Below are positions 28,210 through 36,932 of a stretch of DNA of 64,000 bases, piece after piece. Source of the DNA: Polyangiales bacterium (lineage in GTDB: Bacteria > Myxococcota_A > Polyangia > Polyangiales > Polyangiaceae); NCBI GenBank assembly GCA_038231275.1, contig JBBRLQ010000027.1, forward strand, positions 1-64,000, in the 5' to 3' direction. The first letter of the stretch is position 1, and every line of letters begins with the position of its first letter. Below the pieces are notes generated by a model. That model saw only the letters and a list, made by a program, of their open reading frames with translations. It did not search any database and was not told the origin of the DNA. The translations under genes and the position numbers were made by a program.

Positions 28210-29400
28210 TCACGCGACCCTGTCGAGCTCGGCGATCATCTGGTCGCCGGTCAGGTCCGGCGCGGCGACGCCGCCGAAATACTGGAGGAGGCCCGCCTTC
28301 TCGTAGCGCGGCAAGATCCGCGAGGTCATGAGCCCGATGTCGCGCAGGTTGGGGACGAGGCGCGAGAACATCACTTCGCGGAACTCGCGCATGCCAGGCA
28401 CGTTCGTCACGTACTGCCTCCACGCCGCGCGCGGCATGCGCCCCTCGAACCACTCCTCGTAGACCTCGTAGGCCATGAAGCGGTTTCGCATCAGCAGCGC
28501 GACCTCGAACGCCCAGTCCTCGCGCTCGTCCTTTTCGCGCTGCGTGAGCTCCTTCGCGACGTGCTCCTTCAGCGCGAGGACGCCGTAGTGGACGTGTCGC
28601 GCCTCGTCGAGGATGACCATCTTGAGCAGGTTCTTGAGTAGCGGCTCCTGGGTCCCCTTGTAGAGCGTACCGAACGCGCCGAGCGCGAGGCCCTCGACCA
28701 TGATCTGCATGCCGAGGAATTTCATGTCCCAGCGCGGATCGGTCATGAGGGAATCGATGATCACGAAGAGGTTGTCGTTGATGGTGTAGAGCCGGCACAT
28801 CTTCTCTTCGAGGTACTTGCGGAAGACCTCGACGTGCCGGCCCTCATCCATCACCTGCGTCGCGCCGTACAGCTTGCCGTCGAAGAACTGCACGCTCTCG
28901 GTCACCTGCGCCGCCGCGAAGAGCGCGCCTTGCTCGCCGTGGAGGAACTGCGAGAGCGTCCACGCGCAGAGGCTGTGGCTGAACTTCATCTGCTCGTCCT
29001 TCGTGAGCACGATTCCCATCGCCTCGAGCGGCTCGTAATCGAAGAAATTTTCCGGGAGGAGGCGCACCTCCGGGTTCATGGGATCGACGCTCGTCTCCCA
29101 CGGGAGCTGCTCGCTCACCCACTGCCCGCGCTTGGCGCGCTCGTAGAGGGCTTGCATCTCCGAGTGATCGTGCGGGTACGTCCAATCGAAGTACGCGGAG
29201 TGCGACGCCGGCATGCGCGTCGGGATGCCTTGTTTTCCGCGGTGGAGCACGAGGCCGCGCACGCCGGCAGGTCCCAGCGCGCGCAGCACCTTCGGATCGC
29301 GGATCTGCATCAGCACGTCCACTGCTTCGAGCGCCTGATCGGCGCGCTCGCGCATTCCGTGCGGGAGGAGGTTGGTGAACGTTTCGGTCTTGGTCGTCAT
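28210..29400 (-). CDS. Ferritin-like diiron protein (AurF-like oxygenase)
   Basis: QFLHGEQGA, DEGRH, VEGLA, DEARH (two ExxH). ATGA overlap with the MerR stop. Confidence 0.85.
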   Translation of the reverse strand: MTTKTETFTNLLPHGMRERADQALEAVDVLMQIRDPKVLRALGPAGVRGLVLHRGKQGIPTRMPASHSAYFDWTYPHDHSEMQALYERAKRGQWVSEQLPWETSVDPMNPEVRLLPENFFDYEPLEAMGIVLTKDEQMKFSHSLCAWTLSQFLHGEQGALFAAAQVTESVQFFDGKLYGATQVMDEGRHVEVFRKYLEEKMCRLYTINDNLFVIIDSLMTDPRWDMKFLGMQIMVEGLALGAFGTLYKGTQEPLLKNLLKMVILDEARHVHYGVLALKEHVAKELTQREKDEREDWAFEVALLMRNRFMAYEVYEEWFEGRMPRAAWRQYVTNVPGMREFREVMFSRLVPNLRDIGLMTSRILPRYEKAGLLQYFGGVAAPDLTGDQMIAELDRVA

Positions 29401-30137
29401 GGTTGTCCCCCGAGCTGGGCGAAGAAGGTGCGCACTTTTCGCTCGTGCGCGCGGACCAGAAATGAATTGAGGAGCGGAAGCACTTTTTGGATCATCGCGC
29501 CGACGACCGCGGGGTCGAGGCCTTCGAGGCGCGAGGTGAGCGTGGCGGTCTCCCAGTCGAAGAGCTCGCCGAGCTTCTCTTCGATGACGGCGAGATCCTT
29601 CGGCGAGAAGCCGAGCGACGGTGAGAACCCCGCGCGGCGAACCTCTCCCCAGGTCTCGACGATCCACGCGTCGTCGGCGGCGATGCGCAAGCGCGGCTTC
29701 TTTCCTTTGGCGGCGTCGTCGATGCACGCGACGAGGCCGAGCGCGATCATCTGGCGGAGCTCTTTTTCGGGGACGCCGGCGCGCGCGAGGACGGTCTTGG
29801 CATCCACGTAGCCGGTCGCGGACGGCGCGAGCGCGTCACCGAGCCGGTCTTTGACCTCGAGGAGCATCGTGCGTTGCTCGTCGGTGAACGGATCCCTCGT
29901 CTCGCCGAGCACCGCGCGGATCGCGCGAAGCGGGAGAAAGCGCTCGTGCTGGAGCTGGCGCACCAGCTTGATCCGCGCGAGGTGCTCCTCGCCGTACCAC
30001 GCCATGTTGCGGCCGGTCTTCTCGCCCTCGGGGACGAGGCCCTGCTGGATGTAAAAGTGGATGACCTGGCGCGGTAGGCCCGTGCGCTCGGACAAATCCT
30101 TCATCCGGTACGGAAGGCGCGCGGCGCGGGCGGTCAC
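29397..30137 (-). CDS. MerR family transcriptional regulator
   Basis: YRMKDLSERTGLPRQVIHFYIQQGLV...Y...L..I. GTGA overlap with the upstream stop. Confidence 0.9.
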   Translation of the reverse strand: MTARAARLPYRMKDLSERTGLPRQVIHFYIQQGLVPEGEKTGRNMAWYGEEHLARIKLVRQLQHERFLPLRAIRAVLGETRDPFTDEQRTMLLEVKDRLGDALAPSATGYVDAKTVLARAGVPEKELRQMIALGLVACIDDAAKGKKPRLRIAADDAWIVETWGEVRRAGFSPSLGFSPKDLAVIEEKLGELFDWETATLTSRLEGLDPAVVGAMIQKVLPLLNSFLVRAHERKVRTFFAQLGGQP

Positions 30138-31252
30138 GACGCCTCCACGATCGCGCCGTCGCACGGCGATCCGATGCACGCGAGCGCGTAACCTTGCGCG
30201 CGCTCGTCGTCGGTGAGGCACGTCGGCTCGTCCATGGTCACCGTCCCGGCGTGCACTTTCACGCGGCATGCGCCGCAGCCGCCGAGGCCACAGGAGAACG
30301 GCATCGCCACGCCGGCCGCGAGCCCCGCTTCCAACAACGTCCGGCCGGGGGCCACGTCGACCGTGTGATCCTTCCCGGCCATGCGCACGGTGATACGCGC
30401 AGTGGCACGCGCGAGCGAAGGGCGCGTCGCGCGCGCTTGAGGCGAGACGAAGCGCTCCTCGTGGATTCGCGCGCGATCGACGCCGCGCGCAGCGAGGGTG
30501 TCGCGGACGACGCGCATCATGGCATCAGGGCCGCACACGTAGATCTCCGCGCGCGCAGCGAACGGGACCGCGTCGAGCGCGGCACCGAACGCACCTGCGT
30601 CGAGCGCGGCGCCGTACAGGGAGTGGAGACAGAGGCGGCTCGGGTACGCGGCGGCGAGCTCGTCGAGGGCGCGCGCGAAGATGACGTCGTGGGGGCTGCG
30701 GTTTGCGTGGAGCAGCGCGACCTCGCGCGACCCGTCGGTCTCGAGCACCTCGCGCAGGATGCCGAACAGCGGAGTGATGCCGCTGCCGCCCGCGACGAGG
30801 ACGAGCGGCGCTGTGGCGCCGTTCGCCAGAACGAAGCTCCCGCTCGGACCGAGAACGTCGAACACATCGCCCGCGCGCGCCACCTCCACGAGATGCGTCG
30901 ACGCACGCCCGCCGGCGACGCGCTTCACCGTGAGCCCGACCTTCGACGGATCGCGCGGCGAGCTCGACGCCGAGTACGCGCGGCGCACCGTCTCCCCGCC
31001 GACCGTGACGAGCAGCGTGAAGAACTGCCCGGCCACGAAGGCGATCGGCGCGCCCGTCGGATCGGCGAGCCACAACGTGACCGCGCCGGGCGTCTCGCGC
31101 ACCACCTCGCGCACCACGAGCCGGCGCGTAGGGAGCGACGCCGCGGTGAGCGCGCGAGGTCCGCGCACCGAGAACGGCGCCGTCCGCTTCCCCGCGGCGA
31201 AGCGAAGATCGCGCTGCAGTTCGGAGAGCCATCTACCGATCGGATGGGGCAT
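30134..31252 (-). CDS. Ferredoxin-NAD(P)H reductase with C-terminal 2Fe-2S domain
   Basis: RAYS, AGGSGITP, YVCGP, CGLGGCGAC...LAC. Confidence 0.92.
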   Translation of the reverse strand: MPHPIGRWLSELQRDLRFAAGKRTAPFSVRGPRALTAASLPTRRLVVREVVRETPGAVTLWLADPTGAPIAFVAGQFFTLLVTVGGETVRRAYSASSSPRDPSKVGLTVKRVAGGRASTHLVEVARAGDVFDVLGPSGSFVLANGATAPLVLVAGGSGITPLFGILREVLETDGSREVALLHANRSPHDVIFARALDELAAAYPSRLCLHSLYGAALDAGAFGAALDAVPFAARAEIYVCGPDAMMRVVRDTLAARGVDRARIHEERFVSPQARATRPSLARATARITVRMAGKDHTVDVAPGRTLLEAGLAAGVAMPFSCGLGGCGACRVKVHAGTVTMDEPTCLTDDERAQGYALACIGSPCDGAIVEAS

Positions 31253-31258
31253 CCACAC

Positions 31259-31307
31259 GTTTTGACCCGGCCCTACGTTAGTGTCAAGTGTCACGTTACA
31301 CTTTACA
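31259..31307 (-). promoter_or_regulatory. Sigma70-like promoter with overlapping 26-bp palindromic operator
   Basis: Minus strand TTGACA(31287-82)-17 nt-CAAAAC-6 nt-ATG. Palindrome TGTCAAGTGTCACGTTACACTTTACA (31282-31307). Confidence 0.65.
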
Positions 31308-31349
31308 GTGCCGTTGCCGTTTCGTGGGACGTGACCTAGGTTCTCGGCC

Positions 31350-32009
31350 ATGTCGACATTCCTCGTCACCGGCGCGAATCGTGGGATCGGGCTCGAGCTC
31401 TGCCGCCAGCTGAAATCACGCAGCGAAACCGTCATCGCCGCATGCCGCGCAACGTCGCCCGAGCTCGATCGGCTTGGCGTCCGCGTCGAGGCCGGCGTCG
31501 ACGTGGCGAACGACGAGAGCGTGCGCGGCCTCGCCAAGCGCCTGGAGGGCACCGCCGTCGACGTGCTCGTCAACAACGCCGGGGTCCTCGAGCGCGACAG
31601 CCTCGGCGCCCTCGACTTCACCAAGATCCTGCGCCAGATCGAGATCAACGCGGTCGGCGTCCTCCGCGTCTCGCAGGCGCTGCTGCCGCTCTTGCACGAG
31701 GGCAGCAAGATCGCCATCGTGACGAGCCTCATGGGCTCGAACGCCGACAATGGCTCGGGTGGCTTCTACGGATACCGCATGTCGAAGGCCGCGGTGAACA
31801 TCGCCGGCGTCTCGCTCGCGCGCGATCTCGCGAGCAAGAAGATCGCCGTCCTCCTCGTCCACCCGGGCATGGTCAAGACCGACATGACGGGCCACAACGG
31901 AATCGAGGCGAGTGAGAGCGTGAAGGGCATCCTCGCGCGAATCGACGCGCTCGACCTGAGCAAGAGCGGCCGCTTCGTCCACCAAGACGGCCGCGATCTG
32001 CCCTGGTGA
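31350..32009 (+). CDS. Short-chain dehydrogenase (C-factor/CsgA-like SDR)
   Basis: TGANRGIG, NNAG, YRMSK, HPGMVKTDM. Confidence 0.93.
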   Translation: MSTFLVTGANRGIGLELCRQLKSRSETVIAACRATSPELDRLGVRVEAGVDVANDESVRGLAKRLEGTAVDVLVNNAGVLERDSLGALDFTKILRQIEINAVGVLRVSQALLPLLHEGSKIAIVTSLMGSNADNGSGGFYGYRMSKAAVNIAGVSLARDLASKKIAVLLVHPGMVKTDMTGHNGIEASESVKGILARIDALDLSKSGRFVHQDGRDLPW

Positions 32010-32027
32010 TTCTCGGCGTGAGGCCGG

Positions 32028-33041
32028 CTACGGCACGATCAGCCGTAGCGCCTGCTTCCAAACGTCGATCGTGACCGTCTCGCTGGGATCGGCGGAGAGC
32101 TCCTCGCCGTCGAGCTGCCCCATGAGCGTCGCGCCCTCCTTCTTCACCACGAAGCGCAGCTCCAGCTTCGACGCGCGAAAGGGCTTGCTGTGCTCGATGC
32201 CGACGGCGTTCAGGACCTCTTCGGAGAGCGGATTTCCGTCCAGATCGACGATCGCCTTGCTCGTCCAATCGAGCTTGCCGCAGAACGGCACGACCTCGAA
32301 GATGCCGTCGTCGTGCTGGCTCGTGCGATCGAAGACCCACGCGCCGCCGTAGACGCGCGTGCCCTTCACGATGAGGTCCGTGACGCCCGTGAGCTCGATG
32401 GTCTCGCCGTCGGCGACCGCATGGACCGTGAACGTGTCGTCGACGACGTACGATTCGAGGAAGACGCGGAGGAGCGCGCCGGCGTACACCATCTGATCGC
32501 GGTAGATGGCCTTGAGAGGCTCGATCGGCTCGATCGCGCGGCGATCCTCGTTGCGCGTGCGGAGGACGCGCGCGCTGATGCCCCAGCCCGCCGAGTCGAA
32601 GAAGAGCGCCTCGAGCAGGCTCTTCCCGTCGGCACCGTAACGGGTGAGCCGTCCGGCGTCGAGGCGCGTCTCTTTGCCCGCGAGGACGACCGCGAGGTTT
32701 CGCTCGAGCGCGTCCTCGCCCGCCTCGAGCCCGAAGCTGCGCCCTTGATCGTTCGCGGTGCCGGTGGGCAGCATGCCCATCGCGACCTCGTCGCGGCGAG
32801 GGCTCGCGAGGATGCCGGCCGCGACCTCGCGAAATGTGCCGTCGCCGCCCATGTAAATGAGCGTGGCGTGCTTGCCGTCGTCGACCGCGCGACGCACGAG
32901 ATCGATCGTTTCGCCGGCCGGCTTCGTGGCGACGAAGTCACAGGGTGCGCCGTGCGCCGCCAGCCACGCGCGCGCGCTCTCGATGCGCTCGGCGTTCTTG
33001 CCGCTCTGCGCGGTCGGGTTTCCAACGAGGAGGATCGTCAT
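32028..33041 (-). CDS. Diacylglycerol kinase family lipid kinase
   Basis: NPTA, GGDGT, LPTGTAND, QLDGE. Confidence 0.9.
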   Translation of the reverse strand: MTILLVGNPTAQSGKNAERIESARAWLAAHGAPCDFVATKPAGETIDLVRRAVDDGKHATLIYMGGDGTFREVAAGILASPRRDEVAMGMLPTGTANDQGRSFGLEAGEDALERNLAVVLAGKETRLDAGRLTRYGADGKSLLEALFFDSAGWGISARVLRTRNEDRRAIEPIEPLKAIYRDQMVYAGALLRVFLESYVVDDTFTVHAVADGETIELTGVTDLIVKGTRVYGGAWVFDRTSQHDDGIFEVVPFCGKLDWTSKAIVDLDGNPLSEEVLNAVGIEHSKPFRASKLELRFVVKKEGATLMGQLDGEELSADPSETVTIDVWKQALRLIVP

Positions 33042-33056
33042 CCGAAGCCCACCCTC

Positions 33057-33665
33057 TCACCCTCCTAGGCAACGAATCTCGAAGCCGTAGTCGGGCCCCT
33101 TCGCGGTCGGGATCTGCTTGCACGTCGCGGCCGAGACGCACGGTGTCCCGGCCGGGAAGCAGCTGCACGACGACGTCCGCGCGCACGACTTCGGGAGGGG
33201 CAAGCAGGTGTCGGTCTCCGGCGGCGGCGGGACGTCGTTGAACGCGCGCTGGCAGTACTGCGTCGCGGCGTCGCACAGGATCGTTCCGCACGCGAAGAGC
33301 TGGCCCGGCGGGACCGTCGGCGGCGGCTTCGCGCACGGGCCGAGCGTGGTGACCGAGGCTCCGGCGCCTGCCGCGGTGCACGGATTGCCGTACGTCACGC
33401 CGTCGCAGCCGCAGACCGGCTGACCGATGTCGGTGCACGCGGTGGGGATCGCCGTGCATGTGCCAGCCGTGCCGCATGTGGCGCCGACGTCGCAGTATCC
33501 GCCCGCCGCGCACGCCTGTGTGGCGTTGCACCCTCCGCCGATCGCGCTGGGGGGCGGCGTCTTCGATCCGCCGTCGTTTCCCGTGTTTTCGACGGGCGCG
33601 ATGCTGCCGCCGCAGGCGCCGACGACGCACGCCGTCGCGAGGATCGAGGCGAAAAAGAAGCGCAT
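33057..33665 (-). CDS. Cys-rich lipoprotein with Kazal-like domain
   Basis: Lipobox VGAC, PVCGCDGVTYGNPC. Confidence 0.82.
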   Translation of the reverse strand: MRFFFASILATACVVGACGGSIAPVENTGNDGGSKTPPPSAIGGGCNATQACAAGGYCDVGATCGTAGTCTAIPTACTDIGQPVCGCDGVTYGNPCTAAGAGASVTTLGPCAKPPPTVPPGQLFACGTILCDAATQYCQRAFNDVPPPPETDTCLPLPKSCARTSSCSCFPAGTPCVSAATCKQIPTAKGPDYGFEIRCLGG

Positions 33666-33715
33666 GCGGCCCAGCGAAGCACGAAACGCGCCCGACGGCG
33701 ACGGTCCAGGAGGGG

Positions 33716-34341
33716 CTAGGAGCCTGTCCCCGAAACGTTCGTTTCGGGAACGGGCTCCGTCGTGACGATTCAGGTGGGAACCTTCCGGTTCCCCTCGAGC
33801 ACGAAGTGCTCGAGCCTCCCCTCGGTCGCCTTCGGCCAGTCGTGCTTCGCACGACGGTGGGTCGGGATCAGCGGTCGAGAGAAGCCAGCTTCAACAAAGT
33901 TGTGTACGGTGCAGAGCAAGCTCCATTCGCCGCGCACGTTGACCGCGCCACGCATCGAAAATCGGCGGAAGCCGCGCGCCTCCTTGATGTGCCCGTTCAC
34001 CGGCTCCACGATCTGCCGCCAGTACCCCCGCTACCGCCGCGGGACCGCTCGCGAGCCGCTTTTCCGCGGCCTCCGCCTCCAGCGCCTCGAACGCTCGCCG
34101 TCACGGCCATGAAATCCGACCGCTCTTCGCATCCGCGCGCGATCCGGCGCGACGAGTACACGCCCTGCGAGGACGCACCCCCGGACATTCCCGCCTCCGT
34201 GAAAATGCCGTGCGACGCGCGGCTCGCCGAAGGCGACCAGGGGAGGCTCGCTCGCCTCGCGAGCGAGGGGGTCGGAAGACCCCACTTGAACCGTCACGAC
34301 GGAGCCTGTTCGGAGACGAAGTTTCCGGGACAGGCTCCTAG
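33716..34341. mobile_element. Non-autonomous miniature element: ~120-bp inverted arms, CTAG at both ends, IS1182-family transposase fragments inside
   Basis: Arms 33716-33836 and 34226-34341 are reverse complements (CTAGGAGCCTGTCCC...GGTCGCCTTCGGC). Confidence 0.85.
33895..34175 (-). pseudogene. Fragmented IS1182-family transposase
   Basis: GVYSSRRIARGCEERSDFMAVT (DUF772-like) and VEPVNGHIKEARGFRRFSMRG...EWSLLCTVHN (C-terminal DDE part) in different frames. Confidence 0.8.
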
Positions 34342-35660
34342 CCGCCCGAATAGAACGTCGCCATCGCCGGCGGGAAGTAGAAGACGACCTCGACGATCGC
34401 GAGGACGAAGAAGAGCGACTGGAAGGTCGCCCAATCGAGTCGCGCCTTGCCGAAGGTCACGACGTGCTCGCTCGTCGCGTGCGGCGCGATCGCGCGCATC
34501 GCCGCGTAGGTCGTCGGCAGGAACATCGCGAGGCTAAAGCGCTCCCCTGCCCCGAGCGGCCCGTAGAAGCCGAGCACGAGGAGGTGCGCGAAGAGGTACG
34601 GCGCCACGAACCACCCGACCCACGCGTCGTCGCGGAGGCGCAGGACCCTCTTCCGCAGATCGGCGTTCTTGACGACGAGCGCCGTCGCGAAGCCGAGGAG
34701 CAGCAAGAAGAAGAGCGCGTAGCCGTGGGACAGGAGGCAATTGCCGACGACCTCACCCACCCCGCCGACCGTGCGAAGGACGATGTCGCCGACCGAGTGC
34801 GTCTGGAGGAAGGATCGCATCGTCGGGATCTCCGGCGGTGGGTGGTCCTTCCAGATGTCGTGGGTGCCGAACCGGCGGTTCAGCTCACAATACTGCTCCC
34901 ACGAATCGCACCACATCACGTAGCGCGTGCTCATGTCGTAGAGGTACGCGCCGTAAATGGCCTTGCTCGTCTTCGCGTACGGGTAGACCCCAGCGAAGAA
35001 CGTCGCGAAGGCGACGCCGGCGAGCGCGGTGTTCTTCAGCGCCGTCCTGACGGGGCCGCGGCGCGCGACGCGCACGACCTCACGCGCGACGATCGCGGCG
35101 ACGAACAGGTAGAGGCCGAGAAGTGCCGTCCCCTTGGTGAGGAAGCCTACGGCGGTGAGCGCGCCGGTCGCGATCGCCAGCGGCAACGTCGGCGCGCGCC
35201 ACGTTCGGCACATGACGAGGAACTGCGCGAACAGGATCGCGTAGACCAGCACCTCGGCCTGCACGTACGGAGCGCGGAACGCGATCACGAAGAAGATCGT
35301 GACCGTCGCGAGGTTCCGCGCCTCCGCGCGCGGCAGGAGACGCGCGAGCCCCCACGCGAGCAGCAGCGAGAGCGCGAGGGACAGCGCGATGTTGACCCGC
35401 TTGGCGCGCGTGAACTGCGCGCCCGCGCTTGCGGTCGGATCCAGGAACACGGCCTGGAGCGTCGGGTAAATCGGCATCTGCCGGCGCGTCCCGATAGCGG
35501 TGAAGCCCGACTCCTTTTGCCGCACGGCGTACGCGAGGTACGAGTCCTGATCGTGGCGGACGGGATCGGTGTTGACGCGCGCTTCGTGCACCAGCGCCAT
35601 CGCGACGAACGCGACGACGCCGAGCAGGATCCACAGGTGCTTCAACCTGGCGCGCGCCAT
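34338..35660 (-). CDS. Polytopic membrane protein, GT-C (ArnT/PMT-like) glycosyltransferase
   Basis: DQDSY in the first loop, P.YP, LTKG, many TM segments. Confidence 0.65.
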   Translation of the reverse strand: MARARLKHLWILLGVVAFVAMALVHEARVNTDPVRHDQDSYLAYAVRQKESGFTAIGTRRQMPIYPTLQAVFLDPTASAGAQFTRAKRVNIALSLALSLLLAWGLARLLPRAEARNLATVTIFFVIAFRAPYVQAEVLVYAILFAQFLVMCRTWRAPTLPLAIATGALTAVGFLTKGTALLGLYLFVAAIVAREVVRVARRGPVRTALKNTALAGVAFATFFAGVYPYAKTSKAIYGAYLYDMSTRYVMWCDSWEQYCELNRRFGTHDIWKDHPPPEIPTMRSFLQTHSVGDIVLRTVGGVGEVVGNCLLSHGYALFFLLLLGFATALVVKNADLRKRVLRLRDDAWVGWFVAPYLFAHLLVLGFYGPLGAGERFSLAMFLPTTYAAMRAIAPHATSEHVVTFGKARLDWATFQSLFFVLAIVEVVFYFPPAMATFYSGG

Positions 35661-35686
35661 TGCGCGGCTACGCTAGCCGAGTTCGT

Positions 35687-35824
35687 TCAGCGGCGGTCGT
35701 CGAAGGCGCGCGGCGTCGGCGACGAGGCGGGCCGCCCCGTCGGGTCGGTGCAAGCGACGGCGAAGATCGACGCGAGGATGACGACGCAAACGGAGAGGGC
35801 GGTAACGCGGGTGGTGTGGCTCAT
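35687..35824 (-). CDS. Small 45-aa putative lipoprotein (not in the ORF track)
   Basis: MSHTTRVTALSVCVVILASIFAVAC-TDPTGRPASSPTPRAFDDRR. RBS AAAGGGGA upstream of the ATG. Confidence 0.6.
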   Translation of the reverse strand: MSHTTRVTALSVCVVILASIFAVACTDPTGRPASSPTPRAFDDRR

Positions 35825-35921
35825 GGTTCAAATCCCCTTTCGTCCGTCTTGTCGTGGGGACCCGCAGCGAAATTTCGCCTTTTTCGGCGCGCCGCGAAAA
35901 TTCGCGGAATTTACGCCAAAA

Positions 35922-36866
35922 TCAAGGGCTGATGATGTGACCGCGCGTCTCGAGCGGAGGGGCCTCGGCGTGCACGAGGTCGAACCCGTAGCCCGCGAGG
36001 AGGTAGACGAAGTGCTGCATCAGCCCACCTCGATCGAGCGGCATGTCGCGCTCGTACGCGACGTGGAGCTCGATCGGCGGCGCTCGGAAGATCACCTCGG
36101 GCGTGAAATCGAGCTCCGTGGGACCGATGAAGTTCCGGTTGCCGCGATCGGTGAACATCGTCGCGTCGACGCCCACCGAGACGTGATCGTCCACGACGCT
36201 GAGCTCGACGTGCCCGGCGTAGCGAAACAGAGCGAGCCCCGTATTGTCGGGTCGCGCGGCGTAGGTCGGGTTGACGGCGAACCAGCCAAACGTCAGCCAC
36301 CCCGACACGTCGCCGTGCGCGAGCGCCTCACCGAGCTTCGGGAACGTGGTGGCGAGGGAATAGAGGTACCGGGCGCGCGCATCGACGTACGTCTGCGAGC
36401 TCGGCGGGATCGCGAGCTCGTCCGGCGTCGCGTCGAGCGTGCGGTCGTGCTCGACGCGCGTGCCCAGCTCGAGCGCGCCCGGCCCGACATTCCAGGTGCT
36501 CGTGACCCCGGTGATGACGTCGCCCTCGCTGGGGATCAGTTTTCGGAGGCCGGTCCGAGTGCGATCGGTGAACATGTTGACGTCGATCGGAATCGACAAC
36601 TTCCGTCCGATCAAATCGATGTCGGCGTGGAGCGCGTACCGAAAGAGCGTGAGGCCCGTGTTGGCGGGACGCGCGGCGTAGGAAGGGTTGTAAATCGACA
36701 CGCCGTAGAGGAGCGATCCGGCGATGTCGAAGCCCTGATCCTCCCCCTCGACAGCGCCGCCGTGCGCGCTCCCCTGCTTGTCGAGCGCGCGCGCCGACCC
36801 TGCTCCTCCGAAGAAGAGGAGTAGAAACACGGGGACGCCGAGTCCGAGGGCTCGCGAGCAACGCAC
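35922..36866 (-). CDS. Exported hypothetical protein with internal duplication (probable beta-barrel)
   Basis: Signal peptide. Repeats NPSYAARPANTGLTLFRY and NPTYAARPDNTGLALFRY. Confidence 0.75.
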   Translation of the reverse strand: MRCSRALGLGVPVFLLLFFGGAGSARALDKQGSAHGGAVEGEDQGFDIAGSLLYGVSIYNPSYAARPANTGLTLFRYALHADIDLIGRKLSIPIDVNMFTDRTRTGLRKLIPSEGDVITGVTSTWNVGPGALELGTRVEHDRTLDATPDELAIPPSSQTYVDARARYLYSLATTFPKLGEALAHGDVSGWLTFGWFAVNPTYAARPDNTGLALFRYAGHVELSVVDDHVSVGVDATMFTDRGNRNFIGPTELDFTPEVIFRAPPIELHVAYERDMPLDRGGLMQHFVYLLAGYGFDLVHAEAPPLETRGHIISP

Positions 36867-36932
36867 GCGACGCCGATGCTACCTTGAGCGCCCTACATCC
36901 GGGGACCAAACGACCCTAGTGTAGAGGCAGCA

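Noticed and set aside
31350..32009. Calling the SDR csgA
   Set aside because: The family resemblance is clear, but orthology cannot be established without a phylogeny.
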